Below are positions 8,894-17,779 of a stretch of DNA of 64,000 bases, in pieces. Source of the DNA: an uncultured Solirubrobacterales bacterium (GTDB lineage: Bacteria > Actinomycetota > Thermoleophilia > Solirubrobacterales > Solirubrobacteraceae); assembly GCA_963782025.1 (NCBI GenBank), contig CAWAIB010000005.1:483919-547918 (forward strand). Direction: 5' to 3'. Positions within the stretch are counted from its first letter, which is position 1, and each line of letters starts with the position of its first letter. Position numbers and translations under genes: made by a program. Below the pieces are notes generated by a model. It did no database searches and had not been told where the DNA came from. It was given only the letters and a program-made list of their open reading frames with translations.

Positions 8894-10252
8894 TCAGAGG
8901 ATGTCGAAGCATCCGTACACGATGTACAGCGGGTTCGTGACGGTGCTGCCGTGGGCGCCGGGCATCGTCGGGCCGCCGATGAAGGCGGGAGGGGACTGGG
9001 CCTTGTAGCAGCCGTCGGATTCCACGCTCACGTCGTACTCGACCGAGGTCTGCTGGAACGGCACCGACTGCGCCTGGGGCAGGTACACGTAGAGCGTGCA
9101 GTTCCAGTCTCCCGGGCCGACCGCCTTGGCGGCGCGGCGGTTGCAGTTGGGCAGGATGTCGAGCTTTGCGCCGGCCGGCACTCGCCGCCCGATCAGCTGC
9201 TGCTGGAGCAGCGTGACGTCGTTGAACTCTTCCCCGATCGCCGCGCTGAGGCGGTGGGCGGTGTCGCCGGTGGGACCGGTGCCCGAGAGCAGCGCGAGCA
9301 CCGCGACGATCGCGGTGGCGATCGCAACGACCCGCACGGGGGTGCGCCAGTCGGGACCGCGGTTGACCGTGCTCGCCAGGAAGTCGCGTCGCCGGAGGAT
9401 CCTCCAGCTGGCGGTGACGCAGGCCGCGATCCAGACGACGCTCACGAGGCTCGAGACCGCGAGGGGGACGTAGAAGCGGTGCGTGGTGAAGAGGCCATGC
9501 CAGCCCTCGAAGGCCGAGCCGATCAGGAGCAGGTGCACGACCACGCCCTTGCCGATCAGGTCCAGCAGCTGGGTCAGCAGCGCGACGAGCAGCGGCCCGA
9601 GCACGCCGACGATCCCGTTGCGCGTCGCGACCGAGAACAGGATCGCCACGCTCGTGTACGCCAGTGTCGGCAGCAGGCACAACAGCCAGCTGAGCAGCGT
9701 CAGGGCGAGCAACTGGCCCGGCGGGGTGAGCGCGCCGCTGAGGTCGACGAGCGAGTGCGCGCCCACGAACAGGAACCCCGCGAGCAGGCTCGAGAGCGCC
9801 AGCAGCAGCGTCAGCGCGACGGTCAGCGTCCCGGCGGCGAGGAGCTTGGCGGCGTACACCTCGGCGCGGGTGCAGGAGCGGGTGAGGATCGTCTTCCAGG
9901 TCCCGTGCCGATCCTCGGAGGCGAACAGGTCGCCCCCCAGCAGCCCGGCGATCAGCGGCAGCCCCCAGTTCGCGGCGAAGCTGAGGATCACGAGCGAGAT
10001 CGCGAATCCGGAGGAGTGCACCCAGACGCCGAACAGCGCGTCCGAGGGAGTCCCGCTCTGCACCTTCAGCACCGCCGCGAACGCGAACGGGCCGGCGATG
10101 CAGACGACCGCCAGCAGCCGGACGATCAGCTGGGCGCCCAGCTTCTGTAGCTCGGTCCGGAACGCGTTCCAGATCGCGTCCTCTCCGCCGAGCGGCCGCG
10201 AAGCCGAGGTGGCGGGCGCGGGGGAGGGCGCCGCGGGGGCGACCGCGCTCAT
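8894..10252 (-). CDS. ABC-2 type transporter permease with C-terminal extracytoplasmic domain
   Basis: 452-aa ORF with multiple hydrophobic spans (LLAVVCIAGPFAFAAVL, LVILSFAANWGLPLIAGLLGG, LLSWLLCLLPTLAYTSVAILF) and a Cys-containing soluble tail. 4-nt overlap with the ATPase ORF upstream. Confidence 0.75.
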   Translation of the reverse strand: MSAVAPAAPSPAPATSASRPLGGEDAIWNAFRTELQKLGAQLIVRLLAVVCIAGPFAFAAVLKVQSGTPSDALFGVWVHSSGFAISLVILSFAANWGLPLIAGLLGGDLFASEDRHGTWKTILTRSCTRAEVYAAKLLAAGTLTVALTLLLALSSLLAGFLFVGAHSLVDLSGALTPPGQLLALTLLSWLLCLLPTLAYTSVAILFSVATRNGIVGVLGPLLVALLTQLLDLIGKGVVVHLLLIGSAFEGWHGLFTTHRFYVPLAVSSLVSVVWIAACVTASWRILRRRDFLASTVNRGPDWRTPVRVVAIATAIVAVLALLSGTGPTGDTAHRLSAAIGEEFNDVTLLQQQLIGRRVPAGAKLDILPNCNRRAAKAVGPGDWNCTLYVYLPQAQSVPFQQTSVEYDVSVESDGCYKAQSPPAFIGGPTMPGAHGSTVTNPLYIVYGCFDIL

Positions 10253-11211
10253 CGCGCGGCCAGCACTCTCTCGGCCAGCTCCCGCGGCTCGAGCTCGTCG
10301 AGCGGGGCGCCGTCGGAGGTGAGGGCGAAGAACATCGTCTCCAGCGGGCTCACGAGCGCCTCGAGTCGCCGGATCGCCACGCGCGCGTCCCCGAGCGCGA
10401 GCACGAACGCGTCCAGGAAGCCCTCGTGCACCGCCAGCGCGAGCTCTCCGCTGCTCGAGCGCCCGGCCCGCACACCGGCCTGATCCGCGGCGATCCGCAG
10501 GGCCTGCTCGTCATCGCTGGTCGCGAGGGCGTACGCGGAGGCCGGCGCCTGGGCGACGAGCTCTGTCGCCGAGCCGTCCCACACGACCCGCCCCTCGCGC
10601 ATCACCGTGTAGGCGTCGCACACCCGCTCGAGCTCCCCGATCTGGTGGCTCGAGAGCAGCACGGCGACCCCCTCGGCGGCCAGCTCGCGCACGAGCGCCG
10701 CGACGGTCCGTGTCCCGCCCGGGTCCAGGCCGCTCGTCGGCTCGTCCAGCAGCAGCAGGCGCGGCGAGCGCAGCAACGCGGCCGCGAGCCCGAGCCGCTG
10801 GCGCATGCCGGTGGAATAGCCGGCCACGCGATCCTCGCCCCTTGACTCCAGCTCCACGCGGGCGAGCGCGTCCTTGACCGCGGCCGCGCTCGGGCCGGCG
10901 TCCAGCCGCGCGAGCAGGGAAAGGTTTGCGCGCCCGGACAGGTATGGGTAGAAGGCCGGCTCCTCGACGAACCCGCCCACCTCCCGCAGGGCCTCGCCGC
11001 CGAGCCCGTGCAGCGGGCGCCCGAGCAGCTCCACCGAGCCGGCATCCGGGTGGATCAGCCCGAACAGCATCCGCAGCAGCGTCGTCTTGCCCGCGCCGTT
11101 GGGGCCGAGCAGGCCCCGAACCTGCCCCGGGGCGACGGTGAGCTCGACGCCGTCAACCGCGGTCCTCGCCCCGAAGCGCTTGACCAATCCGCTCGCTCGG
11201 ACGCCGTCCAC
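10249..11211 (-). CDS. ABC transporter ATP-binding protein
   Basis: Walker A GPNGAGKTTLLRML, ABC signature YSTGMRQRLGLA, Walker B LLLLDEPTSGLD, H-loop LLSSHQ. Confidence 0.9.
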   Translation of the reverse strand: MDGVRASGLVKRFGARTAVDGVELTVAPGQVRGLLGPNGAGKTTLLRMLFGLIHPDAGSVELLGRPLHGLGGEALREVGGFVEEPAFYPYLSGRANLSLLARLDAGPSAAAVKDALARVELESRGEDRVAGYSTGMRQRLGLAAALLRSPRLLLLDEPTSGLDPGGTRTVAALVRELAAEGVAVLLSSHQIGELERVCDAYTVMREGRVVWDGSATELVAQAPASAYALATSDDEQALRIAADQAGVRAGRSSSGELALAVHEGFLDAFVLALGDARVAIRRLEALVSPLETMFFALTSDGAPLDELEPRELAERVLAAR

Positions 11212-11460
11212 AATTTGTCAGCTTACCCGCGTCCACCCGCAGCTCGTGAAGCGCTCGTAAACGTCAGTGATTTATTCGTAAACGATAGGTGAAGGTACTG
11301 CGAAGAACGCGTGACAGCAGAGCAAAGAACGAGAAATTTCACACTGATCTTCACCGCAGGGTAACAAGGGAAAACCATAGGCGGGTAAACCGAGTGGCAC
11401 ACAGATTTTCCGTTGATTTTTGTCGCATTTACAACCCGGCTTCATCTACTTGGGAGGTAG

Positions 11461-14238
11461 TTGACCTTGGCCAGCTCGGTTCCGATCCACACTGATGCGA
11501 TCCACACCAATGGTGTTCGCCGTAACCGCCGGCGCAGGCGTCTGGGCGCGGTCGCCGTCCTGGTGGTCTTCGTGGCCGCTGTGGGCGTTGCCTCCGCGGA
11601 GTTCGGCGGCGTCAACCCGTTTGGCTCAGGCGAAGTCGGCCAGACCTACAACGGCGCCCTGTTGCTACCGACGAACCAGTGGATCTCGCCGATCGGAACC
11701 CGGATCGAGGACCCGTACGGGCGGATTGTCTCGAGCACGCTCAGCCCCGACGGCCAGTACCTGGCGGCGCTGACCTGGAACGAGTTCACGGGCTACCTCA
11801 CGATCTTCGACCTCAGGACCGGGAAGATCGTGCAGGAAGAAGGCGGCTATCCCAACACCCTCGACCCCGGGGCCGGCGAACCCGGCGAAGAGGTCGCGGC
11901 CGACGGGCCGCTCTACTCGCCGGACGGAAAAACGATCTGGGTCCCGCAGACGGGCGACATCGCCAAGTTCACAGTCGATCCGGAAACGGGCATGGTGTCG
12001 GAAAAGACGATCATCACGATGCCGAAGGCCGCGAACGGCCCGGCGCCAGAATACAGCACCGCGGCGACCCATCCCGGCGAAGCCGAGCCCTCGGGCATGG
12101 CGCTCTCCTCCGACGGTAGCAAGCTCTACGTGGCCTTCAACGGGTCCAACGCGCTCGGCGTGATCAACACCTCGACAAATGAGGTTGAAAAAGAAATCCC
12201 CGTCGGCAACGCGCCGCGCCAGGTGGTTCTCGACGGCAACACCGCCTACGTTTCCAACGAGGGCGGCCGGCCCGCCCGGGCCGGCGACACCACCAACCTC
12301 TCCGACGGAACTCCGATCGTCTCCAGCCCCGTCACGGGCGCCGCGACGACCGGCACGGTCTCGGTCGTCAACCTGACGACGGGCAAGCAGGTGCAGGAAA
12401 TCCCCGTGGGGCTCGAGCCGACCGCGCTGTATCAGAGCGCGGGAGCGCTGCTCGTCGCCAACTCCAACGACGACAGCATCTCGGTGATCGACACTAAAAC
12501 CAACACGGTCGTGCAGACGGCGAGCACCAACCCGCTGCCGGGCGCCGGCGTGGGCAGCTACGCGAACGCGATCACGATGCCCGACCCCGAGCACGTGCTC
12601 GTCAGCATCGGCCGCGACAACGCGATTGCCGTCTACAAGTACAGCGGTCTCACGAGCGGGAGACACGGGGGCTTCGGACACGGGGGCTTTGGAGGAGGGC
12701 ATTCAAACCCGGCGCAACCACTCCAGTTCGAGGGTCTGCTGCCGACCGACTGGTACCCGGTCGCAGTGCAGCCCGACCCGGCACTCGGAAGCGGGGAGAT
12801 CGTCGTCACCAACGACAGGGGCATCGGCGACCGCGGCCCCCAGGCGAAGATCTGCAAGGGCACGGAAACCTCGCCGGCTCCCGAATGCGCGAAGGGCTAC
12901 AACACCTACGACGACACCGGCACGGTGACAACATTCAAGATGCCGGCCGAAGGTGAACTGGCGAAATACACCAGCGCCGTCTTCACCGACAACGACTGGA
13001 GCCACGTCCCTCAGATCAACAGCGGTGCGGGCGACACGGTGCCGGGTGTGATCCCGAGGCAGATCGGAGGTCATTCGCCGATCAAGCACGTATTTGTAAT
13101 CGTCAAAGAGAACCGAACCTACGACCAGGTGCTAGGCGACCTCGGTGAGGGCAACAGCGACCCCGAACTGGCGCAGTTCGGCCAGAAGATCACGCCCAAC
13201 GCGCACGCGCTCGCCAAGCGCTTCGGCGACCTCGACAACTTCTACGACGAGGGCACATTGTCGGCCGACGGGCACAACTGGATCGTGCAGGCCGAGGCCA
13301 ACGACTACGTCGAAAAGGAGTTCGGAGCGTTCTACCGCTCCTATCCCGCCGAAGGCGGCGACGCGCTCGCCTACCAGCGCGACGGGTTCCTGTGGAACGC
13401 GGCGCAGAAGGCGGGGCAGAGCGTCAAGGACTTCGGCGAGTACAACAGGTACATCACCACCACCGGGTCTGGCACTGGCGGCGACTGGAAGGAATGGTAC
13501 GAAGACTCGCAGATCCTCGAAGGAAAGCAGAGCGGGCCGCTGCCGATCCCGACCACCGAATACAAGACCTCCTCGGACATCCCGTCGCTGAACGCAATCA
13601 CCGATCCCGCCTACCCGAGGTTCGACCTCGAAATTCCCGACCAGTACCGCTACGACATCTGGAAGGGCGAATTCGAACACGAGGAAGGCTCGGGCGCCGT
13701 TCCCGACCTGACGCTGATCTGGCTGCCCGACGACCACACCGGCGGTGCGCCGGACCCGGTGGCTCAGGTGGCCGACAACGACCTCGCGTTCGGGAGGATC
13801 GTGGAAACGATCTCCCACAGCAAGGTGTGGAAGAGCTCGGCGATCTTCGGCGTCGAGGACGACACGCAGAACGGAGTCGACCACGTCGACGGGCACCGCG
13901 GGCCGGCGTTCGTGATCAGCCCGTACGCGAAGGGTGGGGTGCAGGGCGAATATGAGACGCAGCTCAACGTGGTGCGCACGGTCGAGCAGATCCTCGGGGT
14001 CCAGCCGATGAACCAGGAGGACTACGCCGCCGAACCGATGTACGGGGCCTTCACCGAAAGGCCGAACTTCGAACCGTTCACCGCCGCGCCCAACGAAATC
14101 CCGCTGACGCTCGGGGTCGCGGGCTTCCCCTCGATGGCGACCACGACGCCGGCGACGACGACACCAGGCGACAACGACGCCGGCGACAACGACAACGACA
14201 ACGACGCCGGCCACAACGACAACGACGGGCGGGCCTGA
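11461..14238 (+). CDS. secreted beta-propeller (YVTN/YncE-like) fused to phosphoesterase (phospholipase C / AcpA family); probably frame-disrupted at its 3' end
   Basis: 925-aa ORF. Arg-rich N-terminus plus hydrophobic span (RRNRRRRRLGAVAVLVVFVAAVGVASA). Propeller-type repeats (LSPDGQYL, YSPDGKTIWV, LSSDGSKLYVAFNGSNALGVINTSTNEV, ANSNDDSISVIDTKTN). Phosphoesterase strings HVFVIVKENRTYDQVLG, DGHNW, IWLPDDHTGG, VEDDTQNGVDHVDGHR. GGGAGG 4 nt upstream of the TTG start. Confidence 0.8.
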   Translation: MTLASSVPIHTDAIHTNGVRRNRRRRRLGAVAVLVVFVAAVGVASAEFGGVNPFGSGEVGQTYNGALLLPTNQWISPIGTRIEDPYGRIVSSTLSPDGQYLAALTWNEFTGYLTIFDLRTGKIVQEEGGYPNTLDPGAGEPGEEVAADGPLYSPDGKTIWVPQTGDIAKFTVDPETGMVSEKTIITMPKAANGPAPEYSTAATHPGEAEPSGMALSSDGSKLYVAFNGSNALGVINTSTNEVEKEIPVGNAPRQVVLDGNTAYVSNEGGRPARAGDTTNLSDGTPIVSSPVTGAATTGTVSVVNLTTGKQVQEIPVGLEPTALYQSAGALLVANSNDDSISVIDTKTNTVVQTASTNPLPGAGVGSYANAITMPDPEHVLVSIGRDNAIAVYKYSGLTSGRHGGFGHGGFGGGHSNPAQPLQFEGLLPTDWYPVAVQPDPALGSGEIVVTNDRGIGDRGPQAKICKGTETSPAPECAKGYNTYDDTGTVTTFKMPAEGELAKYTSAVFTDNDWSHVPQINSGAGDTVPGVIPRQIGGHSPIKHVFVIVKENRTYDQVLGDLGEGNSDPELAQFGQKITPNAHALAKRFGDLDNFYDEGTLSADGHNWIVQAEANDYVEKEFGAFYRSYPAEGGDALAYQRDGFLWNAAQKAGQSVKDFGEYNRYITTTGSGTGGDWKEWYEDSQILEGKQSGPLPIPTTEYKTSSDIPSLNAITDPAYPRFDLEIPDQYRYDIWKGEFEHEEGSGAVPDLTLIWLPDDHTGGAPDPVAQVADNDLAFGRIVETISHSKVWKSSAIFGVEDDTQNGVDHVDGHRGPAFVISPYAKGGVQGEYETQLNVVRTVEQILGVQPMNQEDYAAEPMYGAFTERPNFEPFTAAPNEIPLTLGVAGFPSMATTTPATTTPGDNDAGDNDNDNDAGHNDNDGRA

Positions 14239-14266
14239 TGACCAGCCAGGCGCGGTACCGGCCTCG

Positions 14267-14482
14267 ATGCAGGGGGTCTATGACGCCTGGGTGAGCTGGA
14301 GGCAGCATCAGCGCTTCTTGGGGCCGGACGCGATACCGGACGCGGCCAAGCCGGTGCTGCTCAACCGCTTCGACTGGTACTCCGCGCACGACTGGAGCGT
14401 GGCGTATCCGGGCGACCCGAAGATCTATGAGCCCGACGAAGTCCCCGGCAGGGAACTGCCCGCCGCGTTCATCGGCGACTGA
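14267..14482 (+). CDS. probable detached C-terminal segment of the 11461..14238 phosphoesterase gene
   Basis: 71-aa ORF in the +1 frame relative to 11461..14238. That frame is open upstream through the ACG/ACA repeat and reads ATTTPATTTTTTTPATTTTTGGPDDQPGAVPAS before the listed Met. Confidence 0.45.
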   Translation: MQGVYDAWVSWRQHQRFLGPDAIPDAAKPVLLNRFDWYSAHDWSVAYPGDPKIYEPDEVPGRELPAAFIGD

Positions 14483-14619
14483 GAACCGCGGGTTCGCGTC
14501 ACAGCCTGAGACCGCGGCCGCGCCGAAGCTGGCGCGGCCGGTCCGCGATCGGCTCCGAGCGTTCATCCCTCGCGCTGCTCGCGAGCGAGAATCCCACTCT
14601 CGCGCTGCGTCCGCGATGC

Positions 14620-15969
14620 TTGGGCGCGTATCTTGTGCGAATGGCTGCGGTGCCGGACTCGTCGACGTGGGTGCCCGAGACGCGGTATGCGCGCAATGGC
14701 GAGGTGCATATCGCCTACCAGGTCTTCGGCGAGGGCGAGGTGACCTTCGTCGGCCTGCCGGGGATCGTGTCGAACGTCGAGGTGTTGTGGGAGGACCCCG
14801 AGTCTCGGCGATGGCTGATGGAGCTCGCGTCGTTCACGCGGATGGTTCATTACGACAAGCGCGGCCAGGGGGTCTCAGATCGCGACTCGGGCGTTCCGAC
14901 TCTCGATGATCGGCTCGGGGATCTGACGGCGGTGCTGGATGCGGCCGGTGTGGATCGCGTCGCGCTGGGCGGGATCTCGGAGGGAGGTACGACGGCCGCG
15001 ATGTTCGCCGCCACATATCCCGAGCGCGTGAGTCACCTGCTGCTGTACGGCACGTTTGCGCATATCGATCCCGCTCTCGGCGACGCGGTGATGCCCGTTT
15101 GGGCCGAGAAATGGGGAACGCCGGAGACCTTCAGCGTTGAGGTGATCGCGCCGAGCAAGGCCGGCGATCCCGACTTCTTGCGTTGGATGAATCGCTATGA
15201 GCGTCAGAGCACGACCCCGGGAGGGCTGCTCGCGGCGTGGCGCTGGATCCGGGAGATGGACCTGCGCCCCGTCCTCGGCTCGATTCAGTGCCCGACGCTC
15301 GTGGTGCATCGCAGCGACGATCGCCTCGTGCCCGTGTCAGCGGGCCGCTATCTCGCCGAGCATATCCCCGGTGCGCGGATGGTGGAGCTGGACGGAGACA
15401 CCCACGCACCCCAGTGGGGTGACTTCGAGGTGATGGTGTCGTTGGCGGAGGAGTTCCTGACCGGGCATCGCTCGACCCCGAAGCGCAGTGAGCGGGTGCT
15501 CGCCACCGTGCTGTTCACCGACATCGTCGATTCGACTGCCCGCGCGGCGGCTCTCGGTGACAGGACGTGGCGGGAGGTGCTCGATCGTCACGACACGATC
15601 TCGCGCAGCACCGTCTCGGAATGGGACGGGCGCCTGGTGAAGGGGACCGGTGACGGCGTGCTCGCCACCTTCGACGCGCCGGCGCGCGGGCTTCGCTGCG
15701 CCGATGCGCTGCGCTGCACGCTGGCGGATGCGGGGATCGCGATCCGGGCGGGCGTGCACACGGGTGAAATCGAGCTTCGCGGCGAGGACGTTGCGGGGAT
15801 CGGGGTCCACATCGCCGCCCGCGTCGCGGCGCTCGCCGACTCTGGAGAGCTGCTCGCCTCCCGCACCGTCAAGGACCTGGTCGCCGGATCGGACTACACA
15901 TTCGCTAGTCGCGGGATACACAGCCTGAAGGGCGTCCCCGACGAGTGGGAGCTACTCGCGGTGACCTGA
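14620..15969 (+). CDS. alpha/beta hydrolase - class III adenylate/guanylate cyclase fusion
   Basis: N-half hydrolase (VTFVGLPGIVSN, GGISEGGTTA nucleophile elbow, LVVHRSDDRLVP). C-half cyclase (VLATVLFTDIVDST, KGTGDGVLATFD, RAGVHTGEIE, GIGVHIAARV). Same architecture as mycobacterial LipJ-type cyclases. Confidence 0.85.
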   Translation: MGAYLVRMAAVPDSSTWVPETRYARNGEVHIAYQVFGEGEVTFVGLPGIVSNVEVLWEDPESRRWLMELASFTRMVHYDKRGQGVSDRDSGVPTLDDRLGDLTAVLDAAGVDRVALGGISEGGTTAAMFAATYPERVSHLLLYGTFAHIDPALGDAVMPVWAEKWGTPETFSVEVIAPSKAGDPDFLRWMNRYERQSTTPGGLLAAWRWIREMDLRPVLGSIQCPTLVVHRSDDRLVPVSAGRYLAEHIPGARMVELDGDTHAPQWGDFEVMVSLAEEFLTGHRSTPKRSERVLATVLFTDIVDSTARAAALGDRTWREVLDRHDTISRSTVSEWDGRLVKGTGDGVLATFDAPARGLRCADALRCTLADAGIAIRAGVHTGEIELRGEDVAGIGVHIAARVAALADSGELLASRTVKDLVAGSDYTFASRGIHSLKGVPDEWELLAVT

Positions 15970-15978
15970 CTCAGGACA

Positions 15979-16126
15979 CTAGTCGGTGAGCCGGATCTCG
16001 TGGTCCTTGAGCTTGGTGAGCAGGGCGATGTTGTGTCGTCCCCAGGGAATTTGTGCAGCAGGCTGTTGCACAATTGATGTTCAACACCCTTGCAGGGCAA
16101 TTGTCCAACGGGCTGTTGGACAATTT
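15979..16126 (-). pseudogene. internal fragment of a YhcG/DUF1016-family (PD-(D/E)XK nuclease) gene
   Basis: Minus strand reads IVQQPAAQIPWGRHNIALLTKLKDHEIRLTD* (16074..15979). A second out-of-frame copy of the motif reads IVQQPVGQL (16124..16098). QQPxxQ(I/L)PWGHN is the characteristic DUF1016 N-domain string. No start codon and no downstream nuclease domain. Confidence 0.6.
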
Positions 16127-16140
16127 CCCCGCTGCCTCGA

Positions 16141-16272
16141 GCTCAACCAAGGCAAGCAATCCCGGGTCTTTCGTCTCCCGGCCAATAAGTCCGCGAAGCG
16201 GTATTGGCCGGGAGACGAAAGGCCCGGGATCTGCGTAGCCGGGGGACGAAAGACCCGGGATCTGCGACGGGC
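16141..16272. repeat. type-1 hairpin element (27-bp stem, GCGAAGC apex) plus one extra R-arm copy
   Basis: L-arm CCCGGGTCTTTCGTCTCCCGGCCAATA 16161-16187, R-arm 16202-16228 (one T:G position), second R-arm end GACGAAAGACCCGGGATCTGCG 16245-16266. Preceded by GCTCAACCAAGGCAAGCAAT. Confidence 0.9.
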
Positions 16273-16343
16273 TACTTGTTAGGACAGCGAAGCGACGATG
16301 TCCGAGAGTGGCTAGGGGTGCCGGGCCATCTTTGTGAATGGAG

Positions 16344-16769
16344 TTAGCCGGGGGTGCGCTCGAAGCGAACGGCGTTCTCGAAGTGCGGTGCCCACGGTGG
16401 CGCGGAGCGTGTCCAGATCTCGACCGTTGGGTTTATCCAAGAGGTATCGTCGATCGTTCCCGCCTTCAGGAAGGCCACTCCCGGCATCGACTCGATCGTG
16501 CTGAAGATCGGCGACCCGCAGGCCGAGCAGAACCGCCGCTCGGTGGTGCTCTGATAGTCCTCGCTGACGGTCTCGAACGAGGCGAGCGTGTCACCCTCGA
16601 CGGTAAGCGTCTTGCTCGGTACGCCCACGATCACCGAGAACGCCGTAGCGGTCTGGCGCCGGCAGTTCGTGCAGTAGCAAGCGCCCTGCCAGACCGGCTC
16701 GGCGTCGACGCTATAAGTCACGCCACCGCACAAACAGCGGCCCGTAATCGGTCTCGGTGCATCGGCCAC
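16344..16769 (-). CDS. GFA (glutathione-dependent formaldehyde-activating / CENP-V-like) family protein
   Basis: 141-aa ORF with Cys motifs GRCLCGGV, CYCTNCRRQT, FCSACGSPIF. Confidence 0.85.
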   Translation of the reverse strand: MADAPRPITGRCLCGGVTYSVDAEPVWQGACYCTNCRRQTATAFSVIVGVPSKTLTVEGDTLASFETVSEDYQSTTERRFCSACGSPIFSTIESMPGVAFLKAGTIDDTSWINPTVEIWTRSAPPWAPHFENAVRFERTPG

Positions 16770-16849
16770 GCACCCGAAACCCTACAGGAGCTGCGAGGAT
16801 TGGCGTCCAGACACGCAAACCGAAGGAGGCTCCGGATGGCCGTGCTCAC

Positions 16850-17764
16850 GTGAAGGCGACCCGAACACCCGACTCCTGTTTCGTTGGCCTCGAGGACTAT
16901 CCATATGAGGCGCGCTACGTAGACGTCGACGGGATCCGCATGCACTACGTCGACGAGGGCGACGCATCGGCGGCGCCGGTCCTGATGCTCCACGGCGAGC
17001 CGACCTGGTCGTATCTGTATCGCCACATGATTCCCGTCTGTGTCGCGGGTGGCAGTCGCGTGATCGCGCCGGATTTGATCGGCTTCGGGAAGTCTGACAA
17101 GCCGACCGAGAGAGGCGACTACTCCTACCAGCGACATGTCGACTGGATGACCGGCTTCATCCAAGCGCTCGACCTCCGCGAGATCACGCTGTTCTGCCAG
17201 GACTGGGGCTCGCTGATCGGGCTTCGCGTAGCGGCCGAGAACGACGATCGCTTCGAGCGGATCGTCGTCGGCAACGGTGCTCTGCCGATCGCCGACGATC
17301 AAGCACGCCCCGGTCTCCCAAACATGCTCGCGTTCCTCGCCTGGCGAACGTTTGCGACCTACAGCCCGATCCTTCCGGTGAGTCGCATAGTGAGCTTCGG
17401 CTGCCTGAAGACACTCTCCAAGGAGGAGCGCCGTGCCTACGACGCGCCCTTCGCGGCCCCCGATACCAAGGCCGGCGCACGCGCGTTTCCGAAGCTCGTC
17501 CCAATATCGGCGGGAGATCCCGCGATCCCGTCCAATCGCGCGGCATGGAGCGCGCTCGGCAACTGGAACAAGCCGTTGCTGACCGTGTTCAGCGATCGAG
17601 ACCCGATCATGCGCGGGGGAGAGCGAGCCTTCCAAAAGCATGTGCCGGGAGCGGCCGGACAGCCCCACGGCACGCCCCACGCCGGTCACTTCCTGCAGGA
17701 GGACGCGGGCCCCGATCTGGCACGACAGGTCAACGAGCTGATCGCCGCCACCCCGACACGGTGA
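16850..17764 (+). CDS. haloalkane dehalogenase (DhlA-like, alpha/beta hydrolase)
   Basis: RTPDSCFVGLEDYPY, LMLHGEPTWSYLYRHMIP, APDLIGFGKSDKP, TLFCQDWGSLIGL (Asp nucleophile). These closely resemble DhlA-type enzymes. The track ORF starts at 16757, overlapping the divergent GFA gene. GTG 16850 sits just before the conserved N-terminus. Start uncertain. Confidence 0.85.
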   Translation: MKATRTPDSCFVGLEDYPYEARYVDVDGIRMHYVDEGDASAAPVLMLHGEPTWSYLYRHMIPVCVAGGSRVIAPDLIGFGKSDKPTERGDYSYQRHVDWMTGFIQALDLREITLFCQDWGSLIGLRVAAENDDRFERIVVGNGALPIADDQARPGLPNMLAFLAWRTFATYSPILPVSRIVSFGCLKTLSKEERRAYDAPFAAPDTKAGARAFPKLVPISAGDPAIPSNRAAWSALGNWNKPLLTVFSDRDPIMRGGERAFQKHVPGAAGQPHGTPHAGHFLQEDAGPDLARQVNELIAATPTR

Positions 17765-17779
17765 TTCGGGGCGTGACGC

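Noticed and set aside
8951-10322. Plus-strand ORFs 8951..10150 and 9483..10322
   Set aside because: Antisense to the ABC-2 permease, whose hydrophobic-span pattern supports the minus-strand frame.
11665-14214. Minus-strand ORFs 11665..12702 and 13132..14214
   Set aside because: Antisense to the propeller-phosphoesterase gene, with no recognisable motifs.
14139-14238. Programmed +1 frameshifting or a genuine Asp/Asn-rich C-terminus
   Set aside because: No known slippery or stimulatory context is present. The out-of-frame reading of a Thr-codon repeat explains the odd tail, and the same +1 pattern appears at unrelated sites. An error or simple mutation is more parsimonious.
16757-16849. Upstream start of the dehalogenase ORF overlapping the GFA gene start
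   Set aside because: The DhlA-like N-terminus begins at ..KATRTPDSCF. The extension has no homolog-like sequence. A strong GAAGGAGG (16822-16829) instead precedes a 5-codon mini-ORF (ATG 16836, MAVLT*) whose stop overlaps GTG 16850. This is possible coupling but unproven.
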